Shown here in pieces: positions 9,496 to 20,629 of a stretch of DNA of 64,000 nucleotides. Under the pieces are notes generated by a model. It was not told where the DNA came from, did not search any database, and saw nothing but the letters and a program-made list of their open reading frames with translations. Each line of letters opens with the position of its first letter. The first letter of the stretch is position 1. Origin of the DNA: Wickerhamiella versatilis (lineage: Eukaryota). The position numbers and the translations under genes were made by a program. The stretch covers positions 744,001 to 808,000 of the forward strand of contig JAQOWU010000003.1 of the NCBI GenBank assembly GCA_030867685.1, given 5' to 3'.

Positions 9496-10869
9496 ATGAG
9501 TGCTATTGATGCATCAAGAATTTTGAGCTCATCTTCTAATTACGACGAAATAGTATATGGCCTAGAGTCCTTGGAGTCTTGTACAGATGAAGCCAAATTC
9601 CTGAACCTTGCCTCTCCTCTTGTTCAGGTTTTTGGCACTCTTGCGAAACGTGGAGAAATGTCCGATGATAATCCAACAGCACACTGGCTGAACGAACAGC
9701 TTACTGATTTTTGGGAGATTCTCCTACGGCAAAGGAAAAGTGTTGCACCAGCAGCATTCGCAGTCGCGTTCAAGGTTGTATTGATCGAAGGAAAGTATTT
9801 GAAAAAGAACATTGAACCCCTCATATCGGGACTAATCGGCTTTACGTTTAAAAACCCTGATATTTTTCAGTATTGGCCCGAATATTTGGAATGGGATGAT
9901 CTACGTTATTACTTTTGGAAAGATTTACCGAAGAAGTTGCCATCTATGAAGGATATTGATCCAGCACGCTTGGTAGCGACAATGGCCTCTGTTCAGCGCG
10001 TTTGCACAGCTGAAGACCCTCCCTCAAAATTTTATATTCCAGATCCTCCTAAGAAAGTGAGAACACTGGGGTCTCTTCAGCTTCAAGGACAGGGAGCTTG
10101 GTTAGCGGTGCTACGGCTTCCAATGAGCCGGAGTACGGTGAAACAAGTCTTGACAGTACTTCATGCTCGAATAATCCCTGCAATTAGCAGACCACAAGTA
10201 TTAATGGACTTTCTAGTGAGTGCCTACGATCATGCTGGGTCTGTTGCGCTACTCGCATTAGATGGCATTTTTGCATTAATGCAATACCATCACTTAGAAT
10301 ATCCTCATTTTTTTACCAAGCTATATTCTTTGCTTGAAGATGGCTCACTGCTTGCTTCTGCACATCGTGCAAGATTTTTGCGGCTGCTTGCTTTGTTCCT
10401 CACGAGTTCACATTTACCGGCTGCGATTGTGGCAAGTATTTTGAAGAGGCTATCACGATTGGCACTATTTGCCCCTCCCGGTGCTATAGTTGCGATAATT
10501 CCTTTTGTCTATAATCAACTGAAGCGAACTCCTACCTGCCTTCTCATGATTCACCGGGTAGCGGACGTGCGCGGACCTGAAGCAGATCCGTTTGACCCAT
10601 ATGAAAAAGACCCGTTACAAACACGTGCCATAGAAAGCTCTTTATGGGAAATTCACGCCCTAATAAATCACTACCATCCAAATGTGTCCGCCCTGGCCAA
10701 AATATTTGAGCAACCGATGACCAAGCCAGCATATCAGCTTGATCACTTCTTAGCCCACTCCTATGACACTTTATTCACAACAGCATGTAATCGTAAAAGT
10801 GAGGCTGCACCGCTCGAATTTGAGGGTGTCCCATTGTTTAGTGGTGTCTTGGAGACCTGGACTCTCTGA
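9496..10869 (+). CDS. NOC4: Nucleolar complex protein 4 (CBF/Mak21 domain)
   Basis: LEYPHFFTKLY, SSHLPAAIVASILKRLSRL, SSLWEI...HYHPNV. Confidence 0.93.
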   Translation: MSAIDASRILSSSSNYDEIVYGLESLESCTDEAKFLNLASPLVQVFGTLAKRGEMSDDNPTAHWLNEQLTDFWEILLRQRKSVAPAAFAVAFKVVLIEGKYLKKNIEPLISGLIGFTFKNPDIFQYWPEYLEWDDLRYYFWKDLPKKLPSMKDIDPARLVATMASVQRVCTAEDPPSKFYIPDPPKKVRTLGSLQLQGQGAWLAVLRLPMSRSTVKQVLTVLHARIIPAISRPQVLMDFLVSAYDHAGSVALLALDGIFALMQYHHLEYPHFFTKLYSLLEDGSLLASAHRARFLRLLALFLTSSHLPAAIVASILKRLSRLALFAPPGAIVAIIPFVYNQLKRTPTCLLMIHRVADVRGPEADPFDPYEKDPLQTRAIESSLWEIHALINHYHPNVSALAKIFEQPMTKPAYQLDHFLAHSYDTLFTTACNRKSEAAPLEFEGVPLFSGVLETWTL

Positions 10870-10892
10870 GAAATTATGTATGTCTATAAGCA

Positions 10893-11837
10893 TTAGAGTA
10901 ATAAATAAGATGATCGCAGAATGTTTAGCGACTGTTCAAAAAAGAAAATAGTCAATACAGAGCCGGGCCAAGCTTTGAGTAAACCCACCCCTAGACCTCG
11001 ATAAAGACCCCGTATGCCTTCCCCCTTTATGATCTGCCCTCCGCAAATTAAAAAGTTGTGCGAATAACGACGTCCGTAACCCGCGGCTTCTGAATGGGAG
11101 TATGATCGGTTTCCATGGACTTGAACCTTTTTACGAATAGTATCTAAAGGGAAGGAAGCGGCTTTGGAGACAAAGGAGGCGACACTCGAAGCAGTGAATA
11201 TGCCAGGAAGCCAGCTAGGTAATTTCAGTCGCGAATTATCATCACGCAAATATGAATAGGTAGCAAAAAATATACCCATATAGGGTACAATACTCATGAC
11301 ACTCGCTGAGGCGCCGTGGTAAAATCCCTTTATGCCGGTATTGTGCCAAGTCCTATGTACAAAATTTAGGAGGCTTTCTTGATTCCTACCCATATGCGCT
11401 GCTCTATGGGTACGTAAAAAATCCAGGGGATACGTGGTAATAATAGCAACTGATCCAGCAAGGCTTCCAGAAATGAGCTGACGGACCGGCTCAGAAAGAA
11501 CTGGTGTTTGCGATAAGATTCGATTGGAGGTTCGCAGTGTGACAAATTGAGAGGCACTATACGTGACATATAGAAATTCAGCGGGAACATTTCCTTTCCA
11601 AAAGGCCCTTATTCCCTCATTTTTCACGATCTGCCCTACCGTGCGTGCAATGGAATTGTCTTGTATTAGTTGTAGCCGAATCTTCACTAAATCAAGTGGA
11701 GCTACGCAAAATCTAGTCACGAGCCCTGCTGCCGCACCACAAGTAACTGCTTCTCCCCAGGAAACGTCAGATTTCGACTGGAGATGGTTTGAACCAGACA
11801 TTTGTACCTTTCCCTGCTTACTCAATGAGGATAACAT
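10893..11837 (-). CDS. TPC1: Mitochondrial thiamine pyrophosphate carrier
   Basis: Three carrier PxD repeats, APLDLVKIRLQL and FWKGNVPA. Alternative (perhaps real) start ATG at 11801. Confidence 0.85.
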   Translation of the reverse strand: MLSSLSKQGKVQMSGSNHLQSKSDVSWGEAVTCGAAAGLVTRFCVAPLDLVKIRLQLIQDNSIARTVGQIVKNEGIRAFWKGNVPAEFLYVTYSASQFVTLRTSNRILSQTPVLSEPVRQLISGSLAGSVAIITTYPLDFLRTHRAAHMGRNQESLLNFVHRTWHNTGIKGFYHGASASVMSIVPYMGIFFATYSYLRDDNSRLKLPSWLPGIFTASSVASFVSKAASFPLDTIRKKVQVHGNRSYSHSEAAGYGRRYSHNFLICGGQIIKGEGIRGLYRGLGVGLLKAWPGSVLTIFFFEQSLNILRSSYLLL

Positions 11838-12018
11838 GAATTTCCAGAACAGGGTTCAAAAGACAATCCATCAAAAAAACGTTACCTCGAACCAGATCAA
11901 TATAATAACTCTTTGTCGTCAATGAAAACATGTCGGTTCCTGAGATTTTAATGTATCATAAAATCACGGTAAGCCAGATGTGGTTCTAAAGTGGTTCCAT
12001 GACTCAGCGTACCACACA

Positions 12019-12993
12019 ATGCCTTATTGTTCTGAAGTCCTGACCTACCAAACCACCGGATCGAACATTAAGCTAAGAAAAAGATCGATAAAAACACCAC
12101 TTGACCCCTATTTTATAGTAGTGCGCGTAGCATGTGTGTCTCTCAGCGGCGACGATGCAGTACGTAAAGCACTAACATGGGTTCCATGGTTTGGAGGACA
12201 TGCTGTAGGCCAAGAATTTTCTGGGATTGTTGAAATTGCCGGAGCGTTTTCTAATTTTGCCACGGGTGATCGTGTTTGCGGCTACGTGGACTCATGGGAT
12301 GGCTCATTTGTAGGCACTTATGCGCTGATAAACGTAAAAAAGAATTTTGTATCGAAAATTCCGGACAGTCTGTCTGACGTGGAGGCAGCATCAATTCCTC
12401 GAGCATTCATGCGAGCAGCATCTATTCTCAGGAAACTTAAGCCGAATCGCTATAGCCGTGTACTGGTTATCGGAGCTATGTCACCATTAGGATTGATGGT
12501 CATACAATTGGCTAAGCTAGAATACGGGGTTGCATTTATCGCTGCCATTGGGGAGGAATGTGGGTGGCTTCGTCAGATAGGTGCCGATGTCGTTTGTTCG
12601 CAAGAGGATGTAGGGGTGTGCTGCCCGAGCGGATTCACGGCAGTGATAGACACATGCAGTAGTGGAATTAGATCAGAAATTCCCGTTGGCAACTACTACA
12701 CTGCAATGGCTACCGGAAGCTATACATCTCGTATCCAATTGCCATATAAATTAATCCGCTGGCTCTATTCAGAGGTTACCGAACACAGCACCGAGGGCAC
12801 TGAGGATCCCGAAGGTACTGAAGGGTCTATAAGCTCTGAAGGATCGGCATCCAGATTAAAATCGTTTTTTGATCATCATTCTGCGGCACAATGCCCCTTG
12901 GATCATGTTTACGGAGTCGAAGAGGTCAATCAGGCTTGGGGCCGAATGATTGATGGGGCCAAGAATAAGGTAGTCATTCGCCTCACTTCATGA
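12019..12993 (+). CDS. MDR-superfamily oxidoreductase-like protein (Yim1/Ast1-like)
   Basis: GroES-like GQEFSGIV...GDRVCG, degenerate Rossmann motif VLVIGAMSPLG, C-terminal KNKVVI. First ATG is at 12019. Confidence 0.65.
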   Translation: MPYCSEVLTYQTTGSNIKLRKRSIKTPLDPYFIVVRVACVSLSGDDAVRKALTWVPWFGGHAVGQEFSGIVEIAGAFSNFATGDRVCGYVDSWDGSFVGTYALINVKKNFVSKIPDSLSDVEAASIPRAFMRAASILRKLKPNRYSRVLVIGAMSPLGLMVIQLAKLEYGVAFIAAIGEECGWLRQIGADVVCSQEDVGVCCPSGFTAVIDTCSSGIRSEIPVGNYYTAMATGSYTSRIQLPYKLIRWLYSEVTEHSTEGTEDPEGTEGSISSEGSASRLKSFFDHHSAAQCPLDHVYGVEEVNQAWGRMIDGAKNKVVIRLTS

Positions 12994-13032
12994 AAACAAC
13001 CACTTTAGGAGCGGCTAAATTCATTCGTATAC

Positions 13033-13048
13033 ATATATATATATATAT
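13033..13048. repeat. (AT)8 microsatellite in a convergent terminator (TAYRTA efficiency-element-like)
   Basis: ATATATATATATATAT between the stops of the MDR gene and UBC6. Confidence 0.6.
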
Positions 13049-13187
13049 CATACGGCCTAATGCCTATAGGCTTTCTTAACTGAATGGTATAAAACTATTA
13101 TCACTGAAAGTTACCAGCAGATATCAACGTTCATGACATAAAGAATTTTCGCAGTACTGATCTATGCGCGTATAATGACTGTAATAT

Positions 13188-13829
13188 TCAAGATCTTGTT
13201 GCACTTGCGATTATGAATGCAGCTAGCAGTGCGCCGATAGCCACTTTCCAGAAATATCCACCCTGCTTATCATCTTTAGGTAGGACACGGGTAGGGCTCT
13301 TGTCCTCCTCTTCCTGAATAGTGGCCGCATTTTGAGCCGCCTGCTGTTTGAGTTGATCGACAAGATGGGGGAAATTCTCACGGAAACGAGGATTATCTAG
13401 GTTCCAACGTGCTGACCGTTCAGTATACCTGCGCTTCTGTGCATTAGTAGTATTCATTGCACCAGTGGCAATCTCATTCGAACACATGAAAGACATCAGG
13501 CCCACCAGGATTGTGTTCACGCTCCACGCAGGATTCCAAGACTCCGGATGATAGTCTGACATTGACAGACATAGGCGCGCTCCAGGCTCGAATCGACCAG
13601 ACGGCGTGAGCATACGGATAGCTGGTGGGCTAAACGGGTAATTTGCCGGAAAGGTCAGCGAACCCATATACAGCCCTCCAGCAAAAGGGGTATCCTCTGG
13701 ACCGTGCAGTACATAGTACCACTCTAGGATATTATCCCCATCAGGACGTGCCTCAATACCAGGAGGTGGTGACCTCTGTATGTCCCGATATTCTGCCGTG
13801 AGACGCTTAACCGCAGTCCTTGTGGCCAT
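13188..13829 (-). CDS. UBC6: ER tail-anchored ubiquitin-conjugating enzyme
   Basis: TPSGRF, RLCLSMSDYHPESWNPAW and a C-terminal transmembrane anchor. Confidence 0.95.
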   Translation of the reverse strand: MATRTAVKRLTAEYRDIQRSPPPGIEARPDGDNILEWYYVLHGPEDTPFAGGLYMGSLTFPANYPFSPPAIRMLTPSGRFEPGARLCLSMSDYHPESWNPAWSVNTILVGLMSFMCSNEIATGAMNTTNAQKRRYTERSARWNLDNPRFRENFPHLVDQLKQQAAQNAATIQEEEDKSPTRVLPKDDKQGGYFWKVAIGALLAAFIIASATRS

Positions 13830-13918
13830 ATTGAGCGCTGATGTGGTTCTGATTATGTTATCTCAACGTGTTCGTCCTTATATGTTGTTATTAGATTTGC
13901 ATTATCGCTTAAATAAAT

Positions 13919-14389
13919 TCAATTTTTCTTAACTCGACGCTTTTTTGATGAGCTTGAAGCTCCAGTTGATCGTTGTCGGGGAGCAGGCGCCTTAGCTACG
14001 CGACTGCTTCCTCGCTTCGACTGGGGGGTTTGCTTTTTTGTACTCTTCTTATTGAGAGCCTTATCATCAGGCCCGTCATCTTCCTTATGCCCATCCTTTA
14101 CAGCATCTGCAGGACTTTCGTCCTTTGGCGATTCACTCCCCGACGGCGATGCTGTGGTTGCCTCCTTGTCGCGAGCATTAACAACTGAAGTATTGTAAAA
14201 TTTTGACAGAATGGACTGTAGATCCTGCTGCGTGACTGTATCAGATGAATTCGCGGCCTTCTCATTTAAGGAAGCCACGATCTTCTTTATCTGTTCCCTG
14301 CGATACTTCCCAGCAGGCTTGAACTCGCAGAACAAACGGAATAGATGCGCCTGCTGTTCTAAAGATAGGTTTTGCCACTGGATAGCCAT
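13919..14389 (-). CDS. EAF7: Eaf7/MRGBP-like NuA4 subunit (divergent)
   Basis: W...LFRLFCEFKPAG and LSKFYN resemble the CT20 domain; basic low-complexity tail. Confidence 0.6.
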   Translation of the reverse strand: MAIQWQNLSLEQQAHLFRLFCEFKPAGKYRREQIKKIVASLNEKAANSSDTVTQQDLQSILSKFYNTSVVNARDKEATTASPSGSESPKDESPADAVKDGHKEDDGPDDKALNKKSTKKQTPQSKRGSSRVAKAPAPRQRSTGASSSSKKRRVKKN

Positions 14390-14973
14390 CTAAACCTCTC
14401 TATCTGATGCACACTTAGAGAACGAAATTTCTGAATTGGGTACAGCTGTCGTAAGCACGATGATACTATCGGTATCTTGGAGTTTGTAAGCCTCGGTAAT
14501 GTTCGGCAATAAAAATGTAGTCTAAATATTGATAATATATAGTAAAAGCAAAAAAACTTTTGTGGGGAATCTGTTTATGTGTCGCATATTACGACGAACC
14601 ATCTATTGTGACTCTTAATCACCGACTGTCATCATCCGATGAAGAAAGATTGGCCATAGCACGTCTATTTAGCCAGATGCTGCAATTTTTGGAAGGGAGG
14701 GTATGTATCCAATTGCTAGTACAGTACCCGACATAGTTTAGGTACCATTATTAAATCGCACGAGGATGAAAAAGGCTCCAACAGGGATTCATAATTTATT
14801 GGAACATCTTAGTACATATTTGGCTTTAATATAAGCTAGAGAGCGGGGAAAATTATAGCTAACGACAAAGTAAATCGTTTGAGAGCCCCTAGTTTGATAT
14901 GCAAATCATATCTTGTCAGTTGACCGTCTATTGATTACTACTGCTCTGCCTTGCCTGAGAATAGACTTCGAAA

Positions 14974-16323
14974 ATGACACGGCTCGTGCGGGCACCACTT
15001 TCGCTAGCTCGAAAGCGGATTCGGGCAACAATGAATAAGTGGAATATATTTAACGCCCTTACCTGGCGTAAGAACCGGTTCAGTCCAAACACGCAGTACC
15101 GTCAAGTATTTTTCGCGAAGCAAGAAGCCCGCTCCTATCACGGTGATCGTCTTACAGAAACCCAGTTTCGCAACCACTTCCGTGGAGATTTGCCAACGGT
15201 GTCTCCTTTGCGTAGCCAGAATAGAGGTGACGAGGCAGAGATCCCTCATGCCATGCAAACTTTTATTGGATTAGAACGTCGCCTTGACTTTGCAGTTTGG
15301 CGTTCTCTGTTCGCTTCGAGCTTACGCCAAGCCGCAGTTTTTATTTTACGTGGCGGGGTAAAGGTTAACGGTGTCAAGATCAGATCCCCAGGATACATTT
15401 TACATCCTGGTGACCTATTCTCCGTCGAGCCTTCAAGGGTTTTGTATGCGCTGGGTCGTCCTAAGCCTTCATTGCAAAATGCTGTCGAGCTAACGAATCG
15501 GAATATTCGTAAGTTCAATAAGTATTTGGCTAAATGCCGAGCAAACCCAGAAAAAATGTGGAATCTCAGAGAAAAGAGGCGCAGAAGACATCATATATAT
15601 CACGACAGACAAAGCAAAAAGTCAGAGAAACGTGCTGATGCATTAAGCAAACATTTAAAGAAGGAAATGGATTCTGAAATGACGCTTGTAAAGCCACTTG
15701 ACGTCCTTTCTTCTGTCTTGCAGGACTCTAATCCGTCTGGCGTTGCAAAAACGGTGCATAATCTTGTAAAAGGAGCATTCCCTGAAAATCAGGACTTGCA
15801 GAGTCTTGCTGAGAAGTACTATTCTCATAATGAACCTTTACCTCATAGGTCTGATGTCCGCAAATTGGTGGATCAACTCGTCAAAGAACGTCGAGATAAA
15901 ATCCGCGAGAGCTATCAGTTGAGAATAACGGAATCAAAAAGTGGAGTACCTTATGATCCTAAGTGGGTAGAGAGGCTACCTGAATCGATTCCAGAGGTAA
16001 AAAGTGATATTGCCTATGAAGAACTTGCCAATACCAAGGTCCCACTTCCGTATTCATCAACCGGCAAGATCTATGGGTTAAGCGAACCTAAAAAGCCTTG
16101 GTTTACTCCGTGGAGTCCACGGCAATTTTTGGCTCCGATGTCAATCCTACCTCACCATATAGAGGTGGACCACGAAACGTGCCATGCTGTTTATCTTCGT
16201 GACCCTGTAGGAAGACCAGGCCATTCAGAAGTGATATCTCCTTTCAGCAACGATATGCATGAGAGGGCATACCTTTGGTACGTGTTTAGACGGCGTAAGA
16301 ATCTGCCTCCAGTTCGCAGATGA
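14974..16323 (+). CDS. NAM9: Mitochondrial ribosomal protein uS4m
   Basis: S4 domain LERRLDFAVWRSLFASSLRQA; C-terminal YLRDPVGRPGHSEVISPF. Confidence 0.93.
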   Translation: MTRLVRAPLSLARKRIRATMNKWNIFNALTWRKNRFSPNTQYRQVFFAKQEARSYHGDRLTETQFRNHFRGDLPTVSPLRSQNRGDEAEIPHAMQTFIGLERRLDFAVWRSLFASSLRQAAVFILRGGVKVNGVKIRSPGYILHPGDLFSVEPSRVLYALGRPKPSLQNAVELTNRNIRKFNKYLAKCRANPEKMWNLREKRRRRHHIYHDRQSKKSEKRADALSKHLKKEMDSEMTLVKPLDVLSSVLQDSNPSGVAKTVHNLVKGAFPENQDLQSLAEKYYSHNEPLPHRSDVRKLVDQLVKERRDKIRESYQLRITESKSGVPYDPKWVERLPESIPEVKSDIAYEELANTKVPLPYSSTGKIYGLSEPKKPWFTPWSPRQFLAPMSILPHHIEVDHETCHAVYLRDPVGRPGHSEVISPFSNDMHERAYLWYVFRRRKNLPPVRR

Positions 16324-16537
16324 TATGTACATACTCCTCCTAGATAGATGGAATACTTGGATTTTATATTAGGTTAATGATCTTGTGGTCAAGCAATGTT
16401 CGTTGTTAGGATGTTAACATCAACGTGATTTCCTTTGGTGCATTTTTATACGTCGAAATGATAAAGCTACTAACTAACATCTACATCACTTAAACTAATG
16501 GTCAATTCCTCGAATAAGATGCGCCTACCTACTCCAT

Positions 16538-18010
16538 TCAATGTTCATGAGCGCCGACAGAACGAGAATCTACACCAAGTCCGTTTGGCTTCACTTTGTG
16601 AACTATCTGTTCCGGCAAAGGCACCTCCTTGTAATCACCCTCCTCATCTGTGGGCAAATTAATGTTGATAGTGGATGTCTGAGATGTATATATATCAACT
16701 TCAAGGGCCTTTTTGCTCAGGTAAATGTTACATGAGTGAGATTGGTCAACTGTCAATGACGGTAGCGTGCCTGTCACTTGGAGCCCAAAATCTTCACATT
16801 TCACCAGGGAAACGCTCGAGACCAAGTTCTCAACAAGCACACCACTCTTGCGGCATTTATTCACAGAAACGGAATTAGCCTTTCCCTTTATTTGAATAGT
16901 TGAATTGCTACAATTGTCAATGAGAACCGATTGATTCATTTCAGCATCAATGACAATATCATGAGTGTCAATGTAATTTTCAACAATCCAACGACTTTCA
17001 ACAAGGGTTTTAGATGGAGTCTTAACCGAGGTTGGTGCTTGCTTTTTAGTATCAGACGGTGTACTAGCCTTATTATTTTTCAGCGAAGCAGGCTTGGGAG
17101 GTGGGGCAGGCTTCGGAGCCTTCGACGACGTTTTCTTCAAACCCTGTGTAATTGAAGTTCCCTGCTTCAGATCGGAAAAAACAGCCGACATACCTGAGGG
17201 AGCTGCTTCCTTGGACGAAGAAGTATCTACAGCAGGGAGAGGAGGGGGCGGAGGAGGAGGCGGTGGACCACCTGTAGCTGGCTTTGTAGTCGATAGAACC
17301 TCCTTTAGTGGCTTTCCATGGCTATTCCAAGAAAGGCCTGTGGGGAATTCCGTGCCAACTACTTTCTTTAGTTCTCTTAAAGAAGCCAGAAAGCCTTTCG
17401 CCCACTCAGCGCTTGCTCCACCATCGCGCAGTGCACGATTTGCATAAAACTGTGAGCTATCTATGAATTCTTGAATAAAGTCTGCTGGCTTCTCGTCTAC
17501 AGAGAGCCATCCCAATGCTGGTGCTCCTTCACTGAGCGTGCTAAGCAGATTCACAAATTTCGAAGAACGGTTACTTTCCCTTAGTTCCACAACCTCACTC
17601 GCCGCTTTTGAAAGTGGCGCAAACAACTCTACGAATTCAGGTGAGTATAATTCTGGCTTCAGAGACTTTTCCGAGGTACGGACGATATCGAAGCTTGCCT
17701 TAACAGCTTCAACAAATGCCGACGTTTGCTTCTCTACTACGGGATCAATGCTTGCTGCTTTCGATTTGAGCTCTTCAAACAGCGGTAAGAGGGACTCCAA
17801 CGATGCCACTTTAGTAGAATCTCCCTCTATTTCAGCTGAAGAGGTTGGAGAAGGGTTGGCGTTCTCAGCTGGGGCAGAAGCTGTCCCTGCACTTGAAACA
17901 GTCGGGGCATCTACCTTCTCTTTAGAGGAGTACTCAACTAGATCTTCCAATCGTGATGTTGCAGCCTCTAGCCGCTTCATCAGCGTTGTTATATTGTAGT
18001 TTTGGCTCAT
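16538..18010 (-). CDS. SRV2: Adenylyl cyclase-associated protein (CAP)
   Basis: RLEAATSRLED N-terminus, polyproline tract, WH2-like ITQGLKK, C-terminal CARP beta-domain. Confidence 0.96.
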   Translation of the reverse strand: MSQNYNITTLMKRLEAATSRLEDLVEYSSKEKVDAPTVSSAGTASAPAENANPSPTSSAEIEGDSTKVASLESLLPLFEELKSKAASIDPVVEKQTSAFVEAVKASFDIVRTSEKSLKPELYSPEFVELFAPLSKAASEVVELRESNRSSKFVNLLSTLSEGAPALGWLSVDEKPADFIQEFIDSSQFYANRALRDGGASAEWAKGFLASLRELKKVVGTEFPTGLSWNSHGKPLKEVLSTTKPATGGPPPPPPPPPLPAVDTSSSKEAAPSGMSAVFSDLKQGTSITQGLKKTSSKAPKPAPPPKPASLKNNKASTPSDTKKQAPTSVKTPSKTLVESRWIVENYIDTHDIVIDAEMNQSVLIDNCSNSTIQIKGKANSVSVNKCRKSGVLVENLVSSVSLVKCEDFGLQVTGTLPSLTVDQSHSCNIYLSKKALEVDIYTSQTSTININLPTDEEGDYKEVPLPEQIVHKVKPNGLGVDSRSVGAHEH

Positions 18011-18376
18011 TCCAGAAAGACGTGGAGCACAGATCAGACTTACAGGCTAATGATTAGTGAGCAAGTTGCGCCGGGTATCTCGCTCGTGAGCTTACCGTAA
18101 ATTACTATACATAATCCACGCGTTCAACAATAGTTGTGCATTTATCTGTAAGTCTACAGATATGATTGCAAGAGTAATTGACTGTCTGCTTCAATATAAC
18201 TGAACCGTCTCAGCCTTAGGATCTAATCTGGTTCTAGTTTCGATGAATACTGGCTGGGTCTTTATTTACTATCTTAACTATGGCTGAGACTATTTTCCTA
18301 TAATTAATTTGTTTGCATAGTGTTGTATAGTTTCTTCTTAGTATTTCGATACTCGAGATGTGGTACCAGCTTTGTC

Positions 18377-20311
18377 ATGATATACCCACTCTCAGATGCG
18401 ACACTTGGGGAACCTCAGAAGCCCAGTAACACTTGGAAACGTGATCAACCTATTGTTATAGACTATGGGAGTTTCCAAGCAAGAGTGGGTATGGCATCTC
18501 AGGCAAACCCTAGACACCTATTCCAAACACGGGCGGCAAGAGTGAAACGTGGTGGAGAAACTCTTACGATTGTTGGAGACGAAAATCTAGTAGATTCCGG
18601 CGTATGGCAGCAGTCGAAGTCACCTTTTGAAGGTTCTGTTGTTACAAATTGGGATGTTGTTGAGGATACATTAGACTACGCATTCAGCCTACTTGGTGTC
18701 AACAGCGAAAACTGCGTTGATAACCCTTTGGCTTTTACTGAACCTTTTGCGGCTCCGATTATGCCACGGAGAACCTTGTCGGAGCTACTATTCGAAACTT
18801 ATGGCATCCAAAAATTATGCCTTGGGGTAGATGCTCTTTGCGCTTTTCATCGTCAAGGTCGGCCTAAGGGATTAATTGTGGACCTTGGACATGAAGCTGC
18901 TCATGTTTGTCCATATCCCGATGTTCGTCAAGTACAGCGTGTGAATTGGGGCGGGAGACAGGCGGCTGAGCTGATGCATCAATTGCTTGTTCTCAAGTAT
19001 CCGTTATTTCCTACGAGAGTTAGCTCTCTTCAGGCTGCAGATATGGTAAGAAAATTTGGGTATGTCGCTCAGGACTATGATCGCGAGATATTAAATAGCC
19101 TCAATAACGATGCCGTATTGATTGAGGCTCCTCCAATCCATGCTCCTAAGACGGCTGATGAGTTAGCGAAACAGGCACAAAGGAGAAAAGAAAGCTCTAA
19201 GCGACTACAGGAACAGGCCGCTAAGGCACGGGAAGCCCGTCAAAAAGCACAGGAGGAAGAAATACTTGAACTCACTCGTGCAGCAGATAATGAAGAAAGC
19301 GCTACTTATGCAGGGTTTGCCGACGTTGATGAAGCAAAAAGGGCACTAAGAAGAGCAACCAATGCATTAAAACGATCTAAGGGGGAGGAAATAGATGACC
19401 CGGAGCCGCCCACAGACCTGGTTGAAATACCTGATACAGAACTAACCCCTGAACAGTCCAAAGCTAAAAAGAGACAAAGGCTTTTGAAAGCAGGATGGGA
19501 TGCCAGACAACGTCAGAAGCGCGAGAAGGAGGAAACACGGGCCAAAGAGGCTGAAATAAAGCGTCGTGAAGAGGAATGGCGTGACAGAGACTTAAGTGGA
19601 TGGGCAGCTACGAAGCGCCAAGAGTTGGGCGAGATAATGGCTGTTTTAAAGCAACGTGCCCGGTTGCGTAATGAGGCAAAGGGTAGACAGGGACGTAAGC
19701 GTCTCTCACTAGTACTCGAAGAAGATGGAAACACCGACACAGAGGACGAAGGTGCTTTGGTTGATCTAGAAGAGCAAGCTCATGCGTTACGTATGCAACT
19801 CATAGAATTTGATCCATCTTTTGACCCGGATGAATTTGAAGAAAAGCCAGATTGGCGTACTTCAGTTCTTCACAGGTTTCTTTATGGTCCTAGGCCCCTT
19901 GATTTAGACCCTGAGTCTGCGATGCACCGTCAGATGGCTCTTAATGTTGAGAGATGTCGCGTGGTCGAACCTTTTTTCCAGCCGGCTGTTGCAAGTTTGG
20001 ATCAGGCTGGGATAGGCGAGGTTGCCTCTGCTGCTATAATGCGCGGAAACCTGGAACTGGCGCAAAACGTAATAGTCACGGGAGGTATGTCGAATATTCC
20101 TGGTGTCATTGAGCGTTTGCATGCTGAAATTCAATCAAACCTTCCAGCAGGAACCCCTATTTCGGTAACCAAGGCAGCAGACCCTACTCTTGATCCCTGG
20201 CGTGGACTCGCCAATCTAGCGGCCAATGACCAGGTTGAATGGCTGACACGCCGTGAATACGAAGAAACAGGTGATGTTTATCGCAGGTGGAATTTCGGTA
20301 ATTGGTTATGA
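18377..20311 (+). CDS. ARP5: Actin-related protein 5 (INO80 complex)
   Basis: Actin-fold motifs IVIDYGS, ELLFETYG, TGG and LDPWRG, with the Arp5 charged insertion (KRQRLLKAG). First ATG is at 18377. Confidence 0.92.
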   Translation: MIYPLSDATLGEPQKPSNTWKRDQPIVIDYGSFQARVGMASQANPRHLFQTRAARVKRGGETLTIVGDENLVDSGVWQQSKSPFEGSVVTNWDVVEDTLDYAFSLLGVNSENCVDNPLAFTEPFAAPIMPRRTLSELLFETYGIQKLCLGVDALCAFHRQGRPKGLIVDLGHEAAHVCPYPDVRQVQRVNWGGRQAAELMHQLLVLKYPLFPTRVSSLQAADMVRKFGYVAQDYDREILNSLNNDAVLIEAPPIHAPKTADELAKQAQRRKESSKRLQEQAAKAREARQKAQEEEILELTRAADNEESATYAGFADVDEAKRALRRATNALKRSKGEEIDDPEPPTDLVEIPDTELTPEQSKAKKRQRLLKAGWDARQRQKREKEETRAKEAEIKRREEEWRDRDLSGWAATKRQELGEIMAVLKQRARLRNEAKGRQGRKRLSLVLEEDGNTDTEDEGALVDLEEQAHALRMQLIEFDPSFDPDEFEEKPDWRTSVLHRFLYGPRPLDLDPESAMHRQMALNVERCRVVEPFFQPAVASLDQAGIGEVASAAIMRGNLELAQNVIVTGGMSNIPGVIERLHAEIQSNLPAGTPISVTKAADPTLDPWRGLANLAANDQVEWLTRREYEETGDVYRRWNFGNWL

Positions 20312-20629
20312 ATGGGTTTAAAATACTGAACGGAAAAGTAGGATATATCTGCAATGACTTACTTCTTGAATACCGATATTGCGTTCAGTTCTCCGTATAT
20401 AGCTATTTAATGTATATTTTTCGACTTCCTTAATGACCTAAGGTACCAAATAGAGCCTTTGGCTTTTCCAATGATGTCAAATCGATTTTTAAACTCGACT
20501 CTTTAAGCCTAAAATTAGAGGATACATATACAATGATCAATCACTGGAAATGAAAAAGTATTGATTGACTGTTGAATTTGAGGAAGCATTTATTCTACGA
20601 AAATATACTTAGGAGTTCGGGTTATTGGA

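Noticed and set aside
14684-14692. Sm-site-like AATTTTTGG in the 584-bp EAF7/NAM9 spacer (possible snRNA)
   Set aside because: No U1, U2, U4 or U5 signature sequence could be found upstream. An Rfam scan would settle it.
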